Assembly (NCBI GenBank): GCA_002269645.1
Contig: NIVC01001119.1
Location: forward strand, 1 to 64,000
Length of the DNA: 64,000 nucleotides
Origin: Macrostomum lignano
Taxonomy: Eukaryota
Reading direction: 5' to 3'
Position 1 is the stretch's first letter; each line of letters opens with the position of its first letter. Both the position numbers and the translations under genes were made by a program. The notes beneath the pieces were generated by a model. The model was not told where the DNA came from. It searched no databases and saw only the letters and a program-made list of their open reading frames with translations. Below are positions 12,788-25,774 of this stretch, piece by piece.

Positions 12788-15597
12788 ACAAAGCTGTCTC
12801 TTGCCTAGAGCTCAAAAGCATCATCACCAAGGGCATGCGGCAGGTTATGCTAGGGCCTAGAGTTTGTGCACACTGGCTTGTTGGCTCTGTCAGTTGATTG
12901 GGCATTGGGCTAAGCCTAAGGATATTCTCAATCTCAATATGACAATAGGCCATTGCCATATGATGTTGCATCATTACAATACTTTTTAAATTAAATTCAA
13001 TTTTGCTCAACTCTTAATTCTTAAATTACAAGCTCATTTGCAAAATTTGAAGAATTTCTCAAAATGACCTACCTAAAAAGGCCAAGTCTCAAAATTTCAA
13101 GATTGAGATTGAGATCTTGGTTGGACTCTAGCCTAGGCTAGGGGCCTAGGCGGCAGGCCTAATGAGGCCCTATAATAATTAGGCCTATAAAATAGGCCTA
13201 TAGTTACATAGAATATAAAACAAAATTTCTGCTAAAAAGACAATTGATCTTTCAAAAAGTTAGTCATTCCGAGAGAGGGTCCCATTATGTTTTTCAACTT
13301 TTGAACCATAACATAGGCCTAATAGATAAGATAGAACAAAGCTGCAAAAAGCAACCCATGTCAAACTTCTAGTTCTATATTTTTCACATAGCTGCTTACG
13401 AATTCTAAAACAACTGAACCCATAGCAGAGCATAAACTATGCTGATGGTCGTTTTTCATCACATTATGAAAGGTGGGGTGAGGTGTCCTCACCATGTGCG
13501 CTCATTTTGTCTGCCGCCGTCTTTTCGTCTGCCGGGAGACGAAATCACTTTTCAGAAGTAAGAGTAGTAGAAGTACAAATAGCTGCAAAAATTATTAAAC
13601 TAATTTTTCATAATGGAATATTTTGAGACATGCAGAGAGTTATAAAAAGATATTATTTTTTGTATGCGTAATTTTGTTTATCGCAATATTTCAAAGAAAC
13701 ATAAGAAATAATATAAAATTTAAACATCGTTGATACTTGATAGATGTGAAGTGGCGAAACAAACAAAGAGGCGAGTTGGGTTGGTTGGGCAAATTTGAAT
13801 TGCCGCTGGCGTCGAGTTCGCACGAATTAAGCCGGAAAATCGCGCAGTCGAATCTCAACAAATTCCTCCTGGTTACGATCCGTCTGCCGCGGTCCTCAAT
13901 TCCGGGGGAGAGTAGTCATAATCGCAGTCGAGCGGTCGTTAGCAGGCACTGTCGTTCAAATTGGGTCCTCAGACACCGTAATTAATATACGTCGATTTGC
14001 GTTGAAGTAAGAGGAGCGTATGCTGCCACCACCGTAATTGACGTTTTACGGAACGGTAACTTCACGGGCAAATTACTCGTATATACATGTAAGATAGAGT
14101 TATGGGCTTAATCGATCAAGGAATAACTGTTGCCTAAATAATGGTCACGTTTATTGGTATTAAATTTGGGAGCGATCGAGTTCAGTGAGGACGTACGTCG
14201 ACGGTGAAAATTCGTCAGCCGCGGTGCGCGAGGCTAAAGTATCGTAAAAATGGCTAGTTGTTTTGCACTAAGTGTGGGCTGAGCAAAATAATAAATTTGT
14301 GGTCAGAAGTCAAGTACAAAGCCGAGCAAAAGTTGAGTAAAAGTTAAGTAAAACAAAAACAGCGATTGGCATAAATAAAGCATGCAAAACAGCACATGGA
14401 CCGAGGGGTCCAAGAGATGGGAAGTGGGCGACCAGGATATGAAGCGTTGGGCTCCAAGCGCTGGGCAACCAAAGGCCCGCTAATGGAAAGCGGCGAAAAA
14501 TCCGCAGGCTTACGCAAAAAACAAAACAGAAAAAAGAAAACGGGAGCAGAGGGCCAGGGAAAGTAGCTGCGCCCAAACCACACAAGGGACAGAGAGGGGC
14601 CAACGTCGGGAATGGGAATGACGACATTTCGTCATGGGGGTGGGCACCTCACGGTGGACAACTGGGACCAAACCCGGGAAGCAAAAAAAGTCGAAACTTC
14701 GAAAGTCGAAAGTAACGAAAGTTCCAAAAAAGCTCGTAATAAAGATAAAAATAAAGTACGTGGTAGCCCCTCTACGACTACTACAATAGATCGCTTCGAT
14801 TTTGGGAGTAAGTTGACATCCCCTTAGAAATTAGCACGTACGAGCCACTGCTAGAAAAAGTTGTTTGGTTAGGAACGGTCTATATTTCGTAGAAAAAAGG
14901 TCAAATTGGATTACGAATTCATTCTGTAATTACAGGTAGCTTTCATTCTTTTCTACACAATCGATAGCCAAGCTAGACAGCCATTGTTTCCGCTGGCAAA
15001 CAATGGCAACCAAATGGTTTTTCCCAGCAGTCATTCTTACTGGAAGCTGCGGCGCTAGAAGCAGCGCAAAATCGAAGACAAAACTTTACAGGAAGTTGAG
15101 TTTCTTTCCGACTCTGGATGCAGCAGGCGAAACCCTACCAACAAGTTGATGTGCAGCAGTTAGGAAGCTGACTTAAGTAAGGCATCAGGCCCTGCCTCGG
15201 TCCGAAAATTCTCGCAAGTTGCAATTCCCTTGAGTTGATCAAAACTTCTCTGCTGCAGTAGCTGTTACTGTTTTTTGTCTGTACATTTACTGTAATGGCT
15301 TTACGAGCAAGCTCTAGTTACTCAAATTATGTCATCAGAAACATAGAACGGAAGCAAAAAATACTAAAATTTTGTTGCTCGTCGTAAAGACAGCAAATAT
15401 TTTCTTGAACTCTTCGTTTTATTAGCTCGTAATAACTGGAAAAAATTATTTAAGACAAGTTTTGGTTTTGGGAAAGTGTTAAAGTTACCATAAATATTGA
15501 AAATTTTCAGAGTTAGTTTTAGTTTTCAATGTTACTTCAGACAGGTCGTTTTAGTTAGATTTCGTGGATTTGAAAATTCTTTGGACTGTTAAGAGGT

Positions 15598-16377
15598 TCA
15601 CACGTGAATCCGTTTGTACTTCATCCACTGCAGCATCTCTTCGTTGTTGGCAGAAAAGCCGGAGTCACTCAGCGGCAGGCTGGCGTCAAAGTAGGGCAGC
15701 AGGACGCACTGCCTCCTCACCGGGTGCCAGTAGTATCCGATGCAGTCCTCAAACTCGAACACAAGACAGGCCTGGGAGCAGTGGAAGTGAGTTTTAGCCC
15801 TTGGTTCCTTGATCCAGCAGCCCGGGTCGGGTTGATTGTACGCGACGATTTCCGTGCGAACGAATTTACTTGTGGTCGCTTTGTTAGCGATTCGGTTGGC
15901 CACAGCGGCATCCTCGTAGCAGAGAACGTTGTTTAGATCATTGCAAGTCCCGTCCCTCAGCTTTCTTTCTGAGTCACTTTTTATTGTCACACAGTCTTGG
16001 CTGCTGTCCTGATTATTTGGTTCCGTACTTAGGAAATATGACCCACTACCATCCGTGACCTGGCCATCCTTGATCCAAACCCAGCCGTCTTTCTGAGTGT
16101 CTCTCTCGTTCAGCGCATCGACCAGTCCGACCCACCATCTGTCACCAGAAAAGCTCGCAGCCGCCATGGCGTCGTGCACAGACTTGCTGATCATCTCCTG
16201 GCCGTGCTCGTGACAAATCCTAATAGCATCGCAGAATGTCACCTGTTTATCGTAATTCTTGACACACCAAGACTTTCCAGAATTGTTGACCGCAATCAAC
16301 CCGCCAGAACAAGTCGCGGCAACAGAGGCAGTCATTAAAAGAAGGGCAGCTACCATTGGAAGGAGTAGAAATGCCAT
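15598..16377 (-). CDS. Secreted C-type lectin domain + C-terminal PAN/apple-like domain protein, intronless, 259 aa
   Basis: ATG at 16377 (the track's 16416 start is TTG). Hydrophobic signal MAFLLLPMVAALLLMTASVAA; CTLD with WWVGL, GWVW, EPNN, DC...LRDGTC...VLC; C-terminal C...HCSQAC...DCIGYY...RQCVL PAN cysteine pattern. Confidence 0.85.
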   Translation of the reverse strand: MAFLLLPMVAALLLMTASVAATCSGGLIAVNNSGKSWCVKNYDKQVTFCDAIRICHEHGQEMISKSVHDAMAAASFSGDRWWVGLVDALNERDTQKDGWVWIKDGQVTDGSGSYFLSTEPNNQDSSQDCVTIKSDSERKLRDGTCNDLNNVLCYEDAAVANRIANKATTSKFVRTEIVAYNQPDPGCWIKEPRAKTHFHCSQACLVFEFEDCIGYYWHPVRRQCVLLPYFDASLPLSDSGFSANNEEMLQWMKYKRIHV

Positions 16378-17319
16378 GACCGAGCGGACCAGTTTTTGTT
16401 GATTGCGCAAAACCAAAATCTTTAATTAGCCGAAGAGATGATTGTAGATCCGGGGAATTTTCGCGGCGAGATCTTCTCTCCGTTGCATATGATGGATGCT
16501 TTATAGAAAATCCCCAACGTCATTTTGGTTACAGGGATCAGCAGGTAGAAAGGCCTAACGTTACCATGGAGTGAAGCATCCAAGGAGCGTACATTTTCGC
16601 GATTGTCCGCCAATAAGCTGTGGCTCCAAGACTGCGTGCGGGAGCTACAATTAAGATACATCCGTTAGGCCTAACTACTCGTAACTCTCGGCAGTGTTTC
16701 CTTCAACCCCCCCCCCCAAATTATCGATCGTGAGGCCTCAACGCTCATGCCATATGCAGTTGCTCTCTGAGGAGACAATATTTACGAATTAAATTTCAGG
16801 ACTGCACCAATCGTGACCGCATGTAAAAATGATCGAGTTTTTTAAGTCACGTACAGTCTCTTTGAATAAACACTTTTGATGAAAACTTTTTGATTTGCAG
16901 ACTCCTGAATGAAGGACGTTTCTAAAAATGATTCATGAGGGCGATTTTTTCGCCTAGCCGGCTCAAAGAAATGCTCTTTAACTCAACATACTAGCGGCTA
17001 TCAGCTCTGTAGGAGTGATTGTCTACTGACAAATACATGTAGAAAGTGCAGAGTTTGGCGCAGAAAGCTTGCAAGACGGGTAAATAAGTGTTGCCTATAT
17101 ACTGGTACAATGACTACTTATCGTGCTGTTTACCGTTGATTTTGAGGCAGATTTAGCGCAGAAAGCGCAAATTATACTACGACATGAAAAGAATATTGAT
17201 GGGTTTCGACCTTCGGGCTCCTTGTTAGGGAAGCCTTCGGGCCTCAGGCTCAGAAATAAATCAATTAGAGACCTGGCCCCCCACTCCTGTCAGATGGTCA
17301 GCCCCATGGTAGCTTGATC

Positions 17320-18590
17320 GTGTGACGAGCAGTCTAGGTCCTATAGCTAAGAGAGGGACAGCGAGAGACGAGCAGGGAGAATTTTGAAAGTAGAAATTAG
17401 CTAATCCGCAGATCAACTAACTTGCTGCCACCAGCCCGTACGCCCTGGCTCACCACACCGGGACTCTCGAAATCGGGCTTCCGACTAGAAGGGGCTTTGC
17501 ACTTACCTGCCAACTAGTGTCTTTTTGCTGTCAATCTCGAAGTCATAGCCGATGATAAGGGACACTGCTGGGACACTGCGGTGGCGAGTCTATGGGGTAG
17601 CTACATGTACTATTACATTGCTAAATACGAAGATATGTACTTTTGGCCTTCAACGCGCCAACTAGCCTCTCATAGCGCTGATGATAGGCTAACTCGAACT
17701 TCAGAGACCGCATGATTCATTTACCCGAGCCGCTTGGCTAACCTAGAGTGCAAAGGGTACATCTCTGGCGCCGATTCTGCACTCCTGGCAGTTTCGCTAA
17801 CTGATTTGATAGATTGATCGACTGAGAACTGCCTTGCCATTGGTCCACTGTGACCGGCGCCTACTAGCTTAGCTACTCATCTGAGCCATCGCGAACAAAG
17901 AAATAAAACCGATAAAAATAACTGTTAGATTTAACCTTCTCCTTAGTTCACTTCACACCTCAGATTGAATTGGAGTCTCAGACTACTAGCAGTATTATTA
18001 AATGATTTCTGCCTCAGCAACAGCACTACTGAACAAAATGAGCAAAAGTGTGCGCCTAATTCAGCTACTGAAACAGGGGACAGATAGGGGATCACCCAAT
18101 CAAGCAAGCCTAGGTAGCCTCTCACCCAACCAATCAGAAACTCAACAGCCGGAGACCAGGTAGTCCACAGTGACCGAATCGGCTTGATGCTTCGCAGCTG
18201 TAGACTCGGGATGATGCTGTCACGATCTTCGCTGATAGCTAGCAGGTGATGATCTTTGCTTGATGTTCGCTGCTGTCGACCGGGGGACTCGTCCTTGATG
18301 ATGATGGGGGAAGTTGCAATCCGGGGATCAAGAAACGACGGTCGTGCTCCGGGAACCAGAAGTTGCGCGCTGGGCCCGAGCCAAAGTTGAGTCCGAGCGG
18401 GCCAAAAACTCCGGTTTAAATAGCCGCCAACTGGACCGCAGTTTGTTATAATGGAACAGGTCGATTCTGATTGGCTGAGCCGTTTTGTTAAAATGAGCGC
18501 CGAATTTTCTGATTGGCTAAGCTCGTTGCTACCCAGAATCACGTGACCGAGAGATCCTATCAGTTCCCACAGGGTCGTAAAAAGATGACA
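17320..18590 (-). mobile_element. LTR-like GC-rich, promoter-bearing segment (termini not proven)
   Basis: Minus strand starts TGTCATC (18590), has two CCAATCAG boxes (~18468-18517), TATTTAAA (18415-18422) and a GGTAAGT donor (17501-17507). This is the same layout as the solo LTR at 40224-42430. No convincing TSD. Confidence 0.35.
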
Positions 18591-19469
18591 GGTGCGGCCA
18601 TAAATCACTCAAAATCGCAACAAAATGATTTATGACTTTTCGCGTAGGATTGACGGAAATAAATGAAAAAATATACATTAGAAAGCTCTTATTAAATAGA
18701 AAGTGAAGATAATGAAGAGAAATCGCTAATCGCTAATCCCAAAGTACTTTTAGGGGTAAAACGCATAGCTGTCAAAGCTGTCACACGCTTGAGTGAACAC
18801 GAACAATAGGCTCTGACCTCATAAATCTTGATGGCCTGTCAAAATGATGAAAAAAAGCTACCGCCCGCATCCTCTCAGACCATCTGGCGCCCGCCTCAAC
18901 ACTGAGTGAGGCGCAGGTGGCTGTCAGACCAGCTTCGAAAGCGATGATTTATGACCCAAAAAGCTGCGCCTATGTTATTATGACTACTAGTATGACCAGA
19001 CATTATATCTAGTATAGATTTTATGAAAATTCGCAGAAAAAGGATAAAAATGCCCATTGCCCACTGTTAGTAGGCAAGTAAGTTTAGAGCCCATGTGCTA
19101 GCGCGGGATTTGGGAGAAAGTGCGTCCTCATCAATATGCAATTTTTGTAAAAAAAAGAAGTATACAAAGATAATAAGACCAATTGCTCTTTTGGTACTCG
19201 GGGTCCTAAAATGTTTTTAAAAATTTATCAATATAATAGTGCGGCAAGCAAAGTGGCCGCTACCATGTGGACCAGCTGTAATATTCTATACATAATCAAT
19301 AAAATATTCGCTCGTAGTCAGAAATAATCTTTCGCATCCTCTTCCTCAGTTAGAATATAAAAACTGACGAAAAAACTCGCAAATCTGTTGAAATACGTAG
19401 TGTAAGTTGAAAATGAAAGCAAAAATGCGTACTGTCGCGATTGTACATGTATAGGCAATCTTACTCAAT

Positions 19470-19555
19470 AGAAGGGCGAAACGTCTGTGGGCTAATTGGT
19501 CTGTGGTGACACTTTCCCGCGGGCAAATTTCCGGCGGGCTAATGTCATTACTGCC
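19470..19555. mobile_element. Single Mutator-type terminus (reverse complement GGCAGTAATGACATTAGCCC...) followed by a hAT-like MITE end (19556-19684)
   Basis: GGGCTAATGTCATTACTGCC end with GGGCAAATTT/GGGCTAATT motifs, related to the 22177-22805 array. The downstream piece ends CCATGGCGACGCCCCTG. Confidence 0.5.
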
Positions 19556-22176
19556 GCCTGCAGCACCAAAATGAGTGCCTGCGGCGCCAAATGAGCGCTT
19601 GTACATATTAATTGTACATATTGTAGAATTGTAGAATGCTTCTGGCTTGCCCCCCCCAACCATAAATCCATGGCGACGCCCCTGAACGCAGATTCATGTA
19701 TTCAATTGTACGAGTATAATACATCGAAACTCGTGACTATGTACATGATCGGGGCCTGTATCAGTGAGCTACTAAATCATGCAAATGCGACCCATTTGTC
19801 GCTTTGTCCATTAAATTTCTGCTTTAAGCTACTAAGCACATGGACAACTTACTCTAGTACTCTACTCTACTCTAGAGTAGACAACTACTCTAGTTGTCCA
19901 TGACTAAGCATTGCGGGGGGGGGGGGCGATTCGATCGTGCTAATGAATTTCAACAATGTCATAGAAATTGTTTGTTTTAGACAATGAAGAGAAAATATAC
20001 ATGCAGATTCTCATGTTTTGGCCGAACAGGCTGTCTAAAGCAACAATTGCCACATTACTTATACTACTACTTTTGCTACTACTACTATGATGTTTTTCGA
20101 AGGCTTGGCAATACTTATTAATTTGTTATAATCTGTTTATTCCCGTTGTGAATCATACTTTTTCGCTTCAAATTTCTTTACTATTCGTTTTTTTGTTTTT
20201 ATTATACCGTTTATATGTTTATATGTTTTTCTACAGCTGAGTGGATCGATCGACCGGCCAGTTTAACGCGTATCTTACATTTATATGTGTTATTGGAAAT
20301 ATGTTTCTGGGATCGAAGCGTCAGGAAGGTGATGGCCGCCATTTTTTCTTCTGCTGCGGTATCCTGCGGCCAGTGTTGCTCGAGCACGGCGTGCTGCAGT
20401 GACTGCTGTTGGGTGGCTTAGGGATGATATAGCCCCGTCTGATGGTATACATGTATATCACTGTCAGGTGCTGCAGTCACTATATAGATCAAGAGCATAT
20501 CAGAGCATGACATCTGCAGGTAGAGAATCACAGTGTATACTCAAGGCTGCAATTCACAAGTTTTATTTTCCTGCACTTCTGCTTTTCTATTATGGAATTT
20601 AAAGAGCATGGAAACAACTTTAGGTAGTGAGTTCATGATTTATGGACCAAAGAAGGCAAAGTAGCAAATAGTAGGCAAATTACAATTAGATAGGGATAGG
20701 TAGACAGGCAGATAAGGAAATTAATGTACATATATAAATAGAGATATAGCAGTTGATACAGGGACTACTCAATAGTTATTAAGTAGTCCCTGAGTAGATA
20801 TTGAAATTCAGCACTCTTACGAGTAGAATAGAATTTTCATATGCTACTAACTTATATGTACTTCTTATGCTTCATAAATAAGTATTGCTAGATTTTTATT
20901 AAAATTGGATGTAAAAGTTACGTAACATAAAATTTGGATTTGATTTCACAGACGAATGCGCACAGAGCTTCGTGAGCAGATTTCTTAAGCCACGACATGA
21001 TTTGAAAGCATCAAGCACTGTAACAACAACAGTTACAGTTATGTTGTTACAGTTGCAATGTTTCACTTATGTTTGCGGAAAATAAGTGAGAGAGACTTGA
21101 GTTGAGTTGAGGGAAGTTTCAAATTCCCGCCTTCACTATGGAAACGTAAATTTTAGAAAAACTTTGTTTGAACGTGTCTTGCCCCCCACCCCAATTTTCC
21201 TATAAATACAAGCGAATTTTGCGCCCAGAGAGGCTAACCGAAGTTTAGATCTTTTGGTTCATAGGTGAATTGCCTATAAAAATTGAAGAAGTGTTCCAAA
21301 CCTTCCTTCATTTGCTAAAAACTAAGAGCGAATGCTCATTGGACTAGAGGTAGAAATTACCAAGAGCAAGAGACGAATTGTCGAAGAGCCAATAGCGTAC
21401 TAGCAAAGAGCAGAGGCGTAATCAGCCAATAGAAAGAGGAGAAATATCCAAATAAACTGTTCGAACTGAACAACCAATGGAAAGTCGTATATGACAAAAG
21501 CAAATCCATAAGAGGAAATTGAAATTCACCGGGCAAACTCGATCCATTGGAGGACGCTGCTAGAGGACTTAGTCACCCCCCCCCTTTTCCTAGCTAAACA
21601 GTGTCTTGCCGCTCGGGCACTGCGTGCTACCAGGGCAATCCGTGTTTACGTGAAAGCCCATAATCTTTACTCCGTGACCCAGTATTTTTGCAGTTCATAA
21701 CGAATCTAATAGCTAATTTTATGAAATTCTAGAATTATAGCAAATTTCACCCCAGTACAACTTGGTAACAGCAGTGGAATTGTGAATAGACATTAGAAGC
21801 CCCTCCGACAACTTGGTGACATCGGTGGGATAGTTTATAATAATTAAAAACCCCTACGACATAAGTTTTAATTCTCTCAATCCTACTGCAGATACTATAG
21901 TGAATATTTATTTTGTCGGCATTTGTCTCGAATTAACCAGACAGATAAGTGCAATCTTTAGCAGCAAGCATAATAAAAGACCTACCACCTAGATTCTAGA
22001 AATGTACACTCATACAATTAATAAAAAACTTCATGTCCGACTCCAAAGATAGTTTAACAATGTGACTGGTAACGATTGTGTTTGGGACTTGAATATTTTT
22101 CTGAGAGATCTGGCAACATGCTTGAGCCAACTTGACTGTTTCGTACTTTAAATGGCCTGCGGCAAGCATCTGAGCC

Positions 22177-22805
22177 CAAACTTCCTGCGGGCAAACTTCC
22201 TGCGGGCAAACTTCCTGCGGGCTAATTTCCTGCGGGCAAACTTCCTGCGGGCAAACTTCCTGCGGGCAAACTTCCCTCGGGCAAACTTCCCTCGGGCAAA
22301 CTTCCTGCGGGCTAATTTCCTGCGGGCAAACTTCTTGCGGGCAAACTTCTTGCGGGCAAACTTCTTGCGGGCAAACTTCCTGCGGGCAAACTTCCTGCGG
22401 GCAAACTTCCTGCGGGCAAACTTCTTGCGGGCAAACTTCCTGCGGGCAAACTTCCTGCGGGCAAACTTCTTGCGGGCAAACTTCCTGCGGGCAAACTTCC
22501 TGCGGGCAAACTTCTTGCGGGCAAACTTCCTGCGGGCAAACTTCCTGCGGGCAAACTTCCTGCGGGCAAACGTCTGCGGGCAAACTTCCTGCGGCCAAAC
22601 TTCCTGCGGCCAAACTTCCTGCGGCCAAACTTCCTGCGGGCAAACTTCCTGCGGGCAAACTTCCTGCGGGCAAACGGCCTGTGGGCAAACTTCCTGCGGG
22701 CAAACTTCCTGCGGGCAAACGTCTGCGGGCAAACGGCCTGCGGGCAAACGTCTGCGGGCAAACTTCCCTTTGGGCTAATTTCCTGTGGGCTAATGTCATA
22801 GACCC
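22177..22805. repeat. 15-bp tandem array (CAAACTTCCTGCGGG)n, ~40 units, ending in a Mutator-type terminus ...GGGCTAATGTCATAGACCC
   Basis: Direct reading of the repeat; the terminus resembles that at 19555. Confidence 0.85.
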
Positions 22806-23386
22806 GCTGCAGGTGCTATCTATTTTGTCGTCCTGAAGCAAAATTATTGTATTCCATAACGGGTCACAAGGTTGGTGGAGGGGGTAATTAGCATTGGCAA
22901 GTCCCCCCAATAGCTTCTACGCCCTTTGTCCGCGTTTATACCCATTCAATGCACAGAGTAGTCTTGATTTAAAACAAAATCATGATTACGAATTCGACCA
23001 AAACTGCAATAAATTTTTGATAAGAAACTTTTCAAAAGCAGATTACCATCCAAAAAGCACCGTTTCAACGCAGAAAGCTTTCAAATTGTTCAAAATTTTC
23101 AGTCTGCATGATTGACGTTCAAAATTACGACAAGAGAGACACTGGATTGCTTTTAGCTGTCAGGATGTGAAAGTCCCAGCTAATGCGTGTCAAGAAAAAT
23201 GAGAAGGTTCCGGATATGCTGTAGTCGTAGATAATGGGCCCAAAAGTGAGTCACTTATGCCTAAACCAGCAGCCATCTGTCATTTACGGAAACAGCAGAA
23301 ATCGATATTTCCGTTTAAAAGCAGCTGCATCAGAAAGAAAGCGTCAAAACCATATCTGAGTTTTCTGGTTGCAAGACAGCAGGAAA

Positions 23387-24304
23387 ATGCACTGCAACTC
23401 TAACATTATCACGCTTTGTGCTCTGTCGCTGGCACAGCTGGCGCTCTCGGCCGAGTACGAAACCTCGACAGGCGGCTGCGTGGTGCCGCAGACTCCGCAG
23501 CACTCGCTGACGTCCTCGAGCGCCCGCATGTGCGCCTTCCTGTGCTCTCAGCTCCGTCGTCCCTGCATCGCCTGGAGCCACCGCGCAGGCGTCTGCAACA
23601 TGTCGGACAGCCTCCAGACCGCCAGTCTGACGAACGACACCGACTGCCAGTCGTGGAGCGCCCTGCTCCAGCTCGGCCTCGTCGCCTTCTGGCCCATGAG
23701 CAACGCCACTCGGACTCGCAATGCGGTCTCGAACAGCGGCCATCTCGACCTGCAGGAGAACATCCCGATGCAGTACACGGACAGCGCCGTCAACTTCACT
23801 GGTCAGTCGGGTGTGTCAGAGAGGTTCAACATTGACCAGCTGACTTCGGTGTGTCTCACCAGCCTCACCATGTCAGTGTGGGTCAAGGTCACCAATGCGT
23901 CAAGGGGTTCGATGCCTCTGCTGGAGGGCCTCACCATGCCTTCTTCAGCTCACACTCGATTATTTCTTTATCCAACAACTACCGACATCGAGTTCACCGT
24001 TTCGTCGTCGACGGTCTCAGTGTCTGGACCCACCGACACGGCCAGCGGTTGGACCCACATCGCCGCGGTGTACGACAAGCAGACTCCAGAAATCAGGATC
24101 CTCGTCAACGGAACTCGACAGGCCACCAGCGGCTCGGCCACCGCTTTGACCTCGTGCGCGGACTTCGGCAGCAGCGTGCAGATCGGAGCCGTCAGCCGCA
24201 TTATCAGCCACAACCGCGTGTTCCAAGGCTACATGAGATGCTTCGGAGTGTCGGAGAGAGCTCTGAGCGACTCCGAAGTTGCTCTGCTGCAGGGACTGTG
24301 TTGA
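23387..24304 (+). CDS. Secreted PAN/apple-like + laminin-G/concanavalin-A-like (LamG3/pentraxin fold) protein, intronless, 305 aa
   Basis: ATG at 23387 (the track's 23369 start is TTG). Signal ...ITLCALSLAQLALSA; PAN-like SARMCAFLC...CIAW...GVC; LamG motifs GLVAFWPM, TMSVWVK, WTHIAAVYD, LVNG, QIG, FQGYM, RALSDSEV. High GC3 codon usage. Confidence 0.85.
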   Translation: MHCNSNIITLCALSLAQLALSAEYETSTGGCVVPQTPQHSLTSSSARMCAFLCSQLRRPCIAWSHRAGVCNMSDSLQTASLTNDTDCQSWSALLQLGLVAFWPMSNATRTRNAVSNSGHLDLQENIPMQYTDSAVNFTGQSGVSERFNIDQLTSVCLTSLTMSVWVKVTNASRGSMPLLEGLTMPSSAHTRLFLYPTTTDIEFTVSSSTVSVSGPTDTASGWTHIAAVYDKQTPEIRILVNGTRQATSGSATALTSCADFGSSVQIGAVSRIISHNRVFQGYMRCFGVSERALSDSEVALLQGLC

Positions 24305-24764
24305 GAACATTTGTATGGATCGAAGCTTAACTTCTAACGAAAGTTATTTGTACTTTAATCAGCCATACTTTTTTCTGTAGTCTTGAAAGTTGTCCAGTAC
24401 AATTAGTTGTCTGTTAGCCGTCTGCCCCTATCTATTTTATCATATATATTTAATTGTTCATGTATAATAATTGTAAATTTACTATAGCTAGAATCTGGGT
24501 CAAGGTCTAACACTGTCGCTCTATTCCTTTTGTTCCTAACTACTTTGTAGGGCATGTTACCTGGGTGTTTGTGCAAATTTTACTGATACTTTTTACTCTA
24601 CTCTCATTATTTACTTTTACCAGCTTGCATACCTCTGCAATGCGGACCAATGTGACAATATAATGAGCAAATATATCCTGCAAACGTCAATATGAAATAG
24701 ATGGTAAACCATCGATCGAACTATAACAGAATTGTTCTTAGCTTTAACTGCACCGATTCCCCAA

Positions 24765-25169
24765 CCATACATTCCCCACACAACCATTCCCCACACACCC
24801 ATTCCCCACACACCCATTCCCCACAAACCCATTCCCCACACACCAATTCCCCACACACCAATTCCCCACACACCAATTCCCCACACACCCAGATCCCCAC
24901 ACACCCATTTTCCACACACCCATTCCCCACACACCCATTCCCCACACAACCATTCCCCACACACCAATTCCCCACACACCAATTCCCCACACACCAATTC
25001 CCCACATACCCATTTCCCACACACCAATTCCCCACACACCCATTCCCCACACACCCATTCTCCACACACCCATTCCCCACACACCAATTCCCCACACACC
25101 AATTCCCCACATACCCATTCCCGACACACCCATTCCACACACCTATTCCCCACACCCCGATTCCTACCC
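24765..25169. repeat. 15-bp tandem array (CCCCACACACC(C/A)ATT)n ending in a Mutator-type terminus ...CCCCGATTCCTACCC
   Basis: Direct reading; the reverse complement begins GGGTAGGAATCGGGG. Confidence 0.8.
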
Positions 25170-25490
25170 AGGTTTACAAACTGTCCGAGGAAAAACGAAA
25201 GAAACTGAAGCTTTTGGCAGTAATATAGATTTCGAAATTCTAGTAGTATACAAGAGGGCCTTTAATTATTTTATTTACACTGTTGCTTAAATCTCACGAA
25301 ATCCATACCTCGAATCGTCAGTGCCTTGTAGATTCGCCCCCCCCGTTGTCACATGTAGTTCTTCCTTACTGTAAAAAGCACAGATACATAATACTCGAGC
25401 TAATTAATTGAGCTCACGAAAATGGAGTATAGCTACTTTCTGCCAAAATTTTTACAATTTCCTGTTGGCAAACTAGTTCTCACTAGTTAT

Positions 25491-25524
25491 TTAGCTAGTT
25501 AGTTAGTTTAGTTAGTTAGTTAGA

Positions 25525-25620
<96 letters not shown>

Positions 25621-25622
25621 AC

Positions 25623-25696
<74 letters not shown>

Positions 25697-25728
25697 ACAG
25701 TTAGACAGTTAGTTAGTTAGTTAGTTAG
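25491..25728. repeat. (TTAG)n microsatellite
   Basis: Near-perfect tetranucleotide run of ~240 bp. Confidence 0.95.
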
Positions 25729-25774
25729 ATACTCGTATATAATCAGTTAGTTCATTATGGTAATTATGAGGGAA

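Noticed and set aside
14980-15007. 10-bp hairpin near CTAG as a Helitron 3' end
   Set aside because: Spacing to CTAG is too short, the next base is not T, and no 5' TC end was identified.
17665-17700. Hammerhead ribozyme cores (CTGATGA here and at ~39990, ~41294, ~48470)
   Set aside because: No stem II followed by GAAA at any site.
21045-21580. LTR-like block with several CCAAT boxes and TATA motifs
   Set aside because: No TG...CA pair with a TSD could be found.
21996-22910. Long ORFs (VCPQE, RRKFA, FLRAN repeats)
   Set aside because: All frames are open because of a 15-bp tandem unit ending in a TE terminus; no coding context.
25491-25728. Interstitial telomere
   Set aside because: The unit is TTAG, not TTAGG or TTAGGG.
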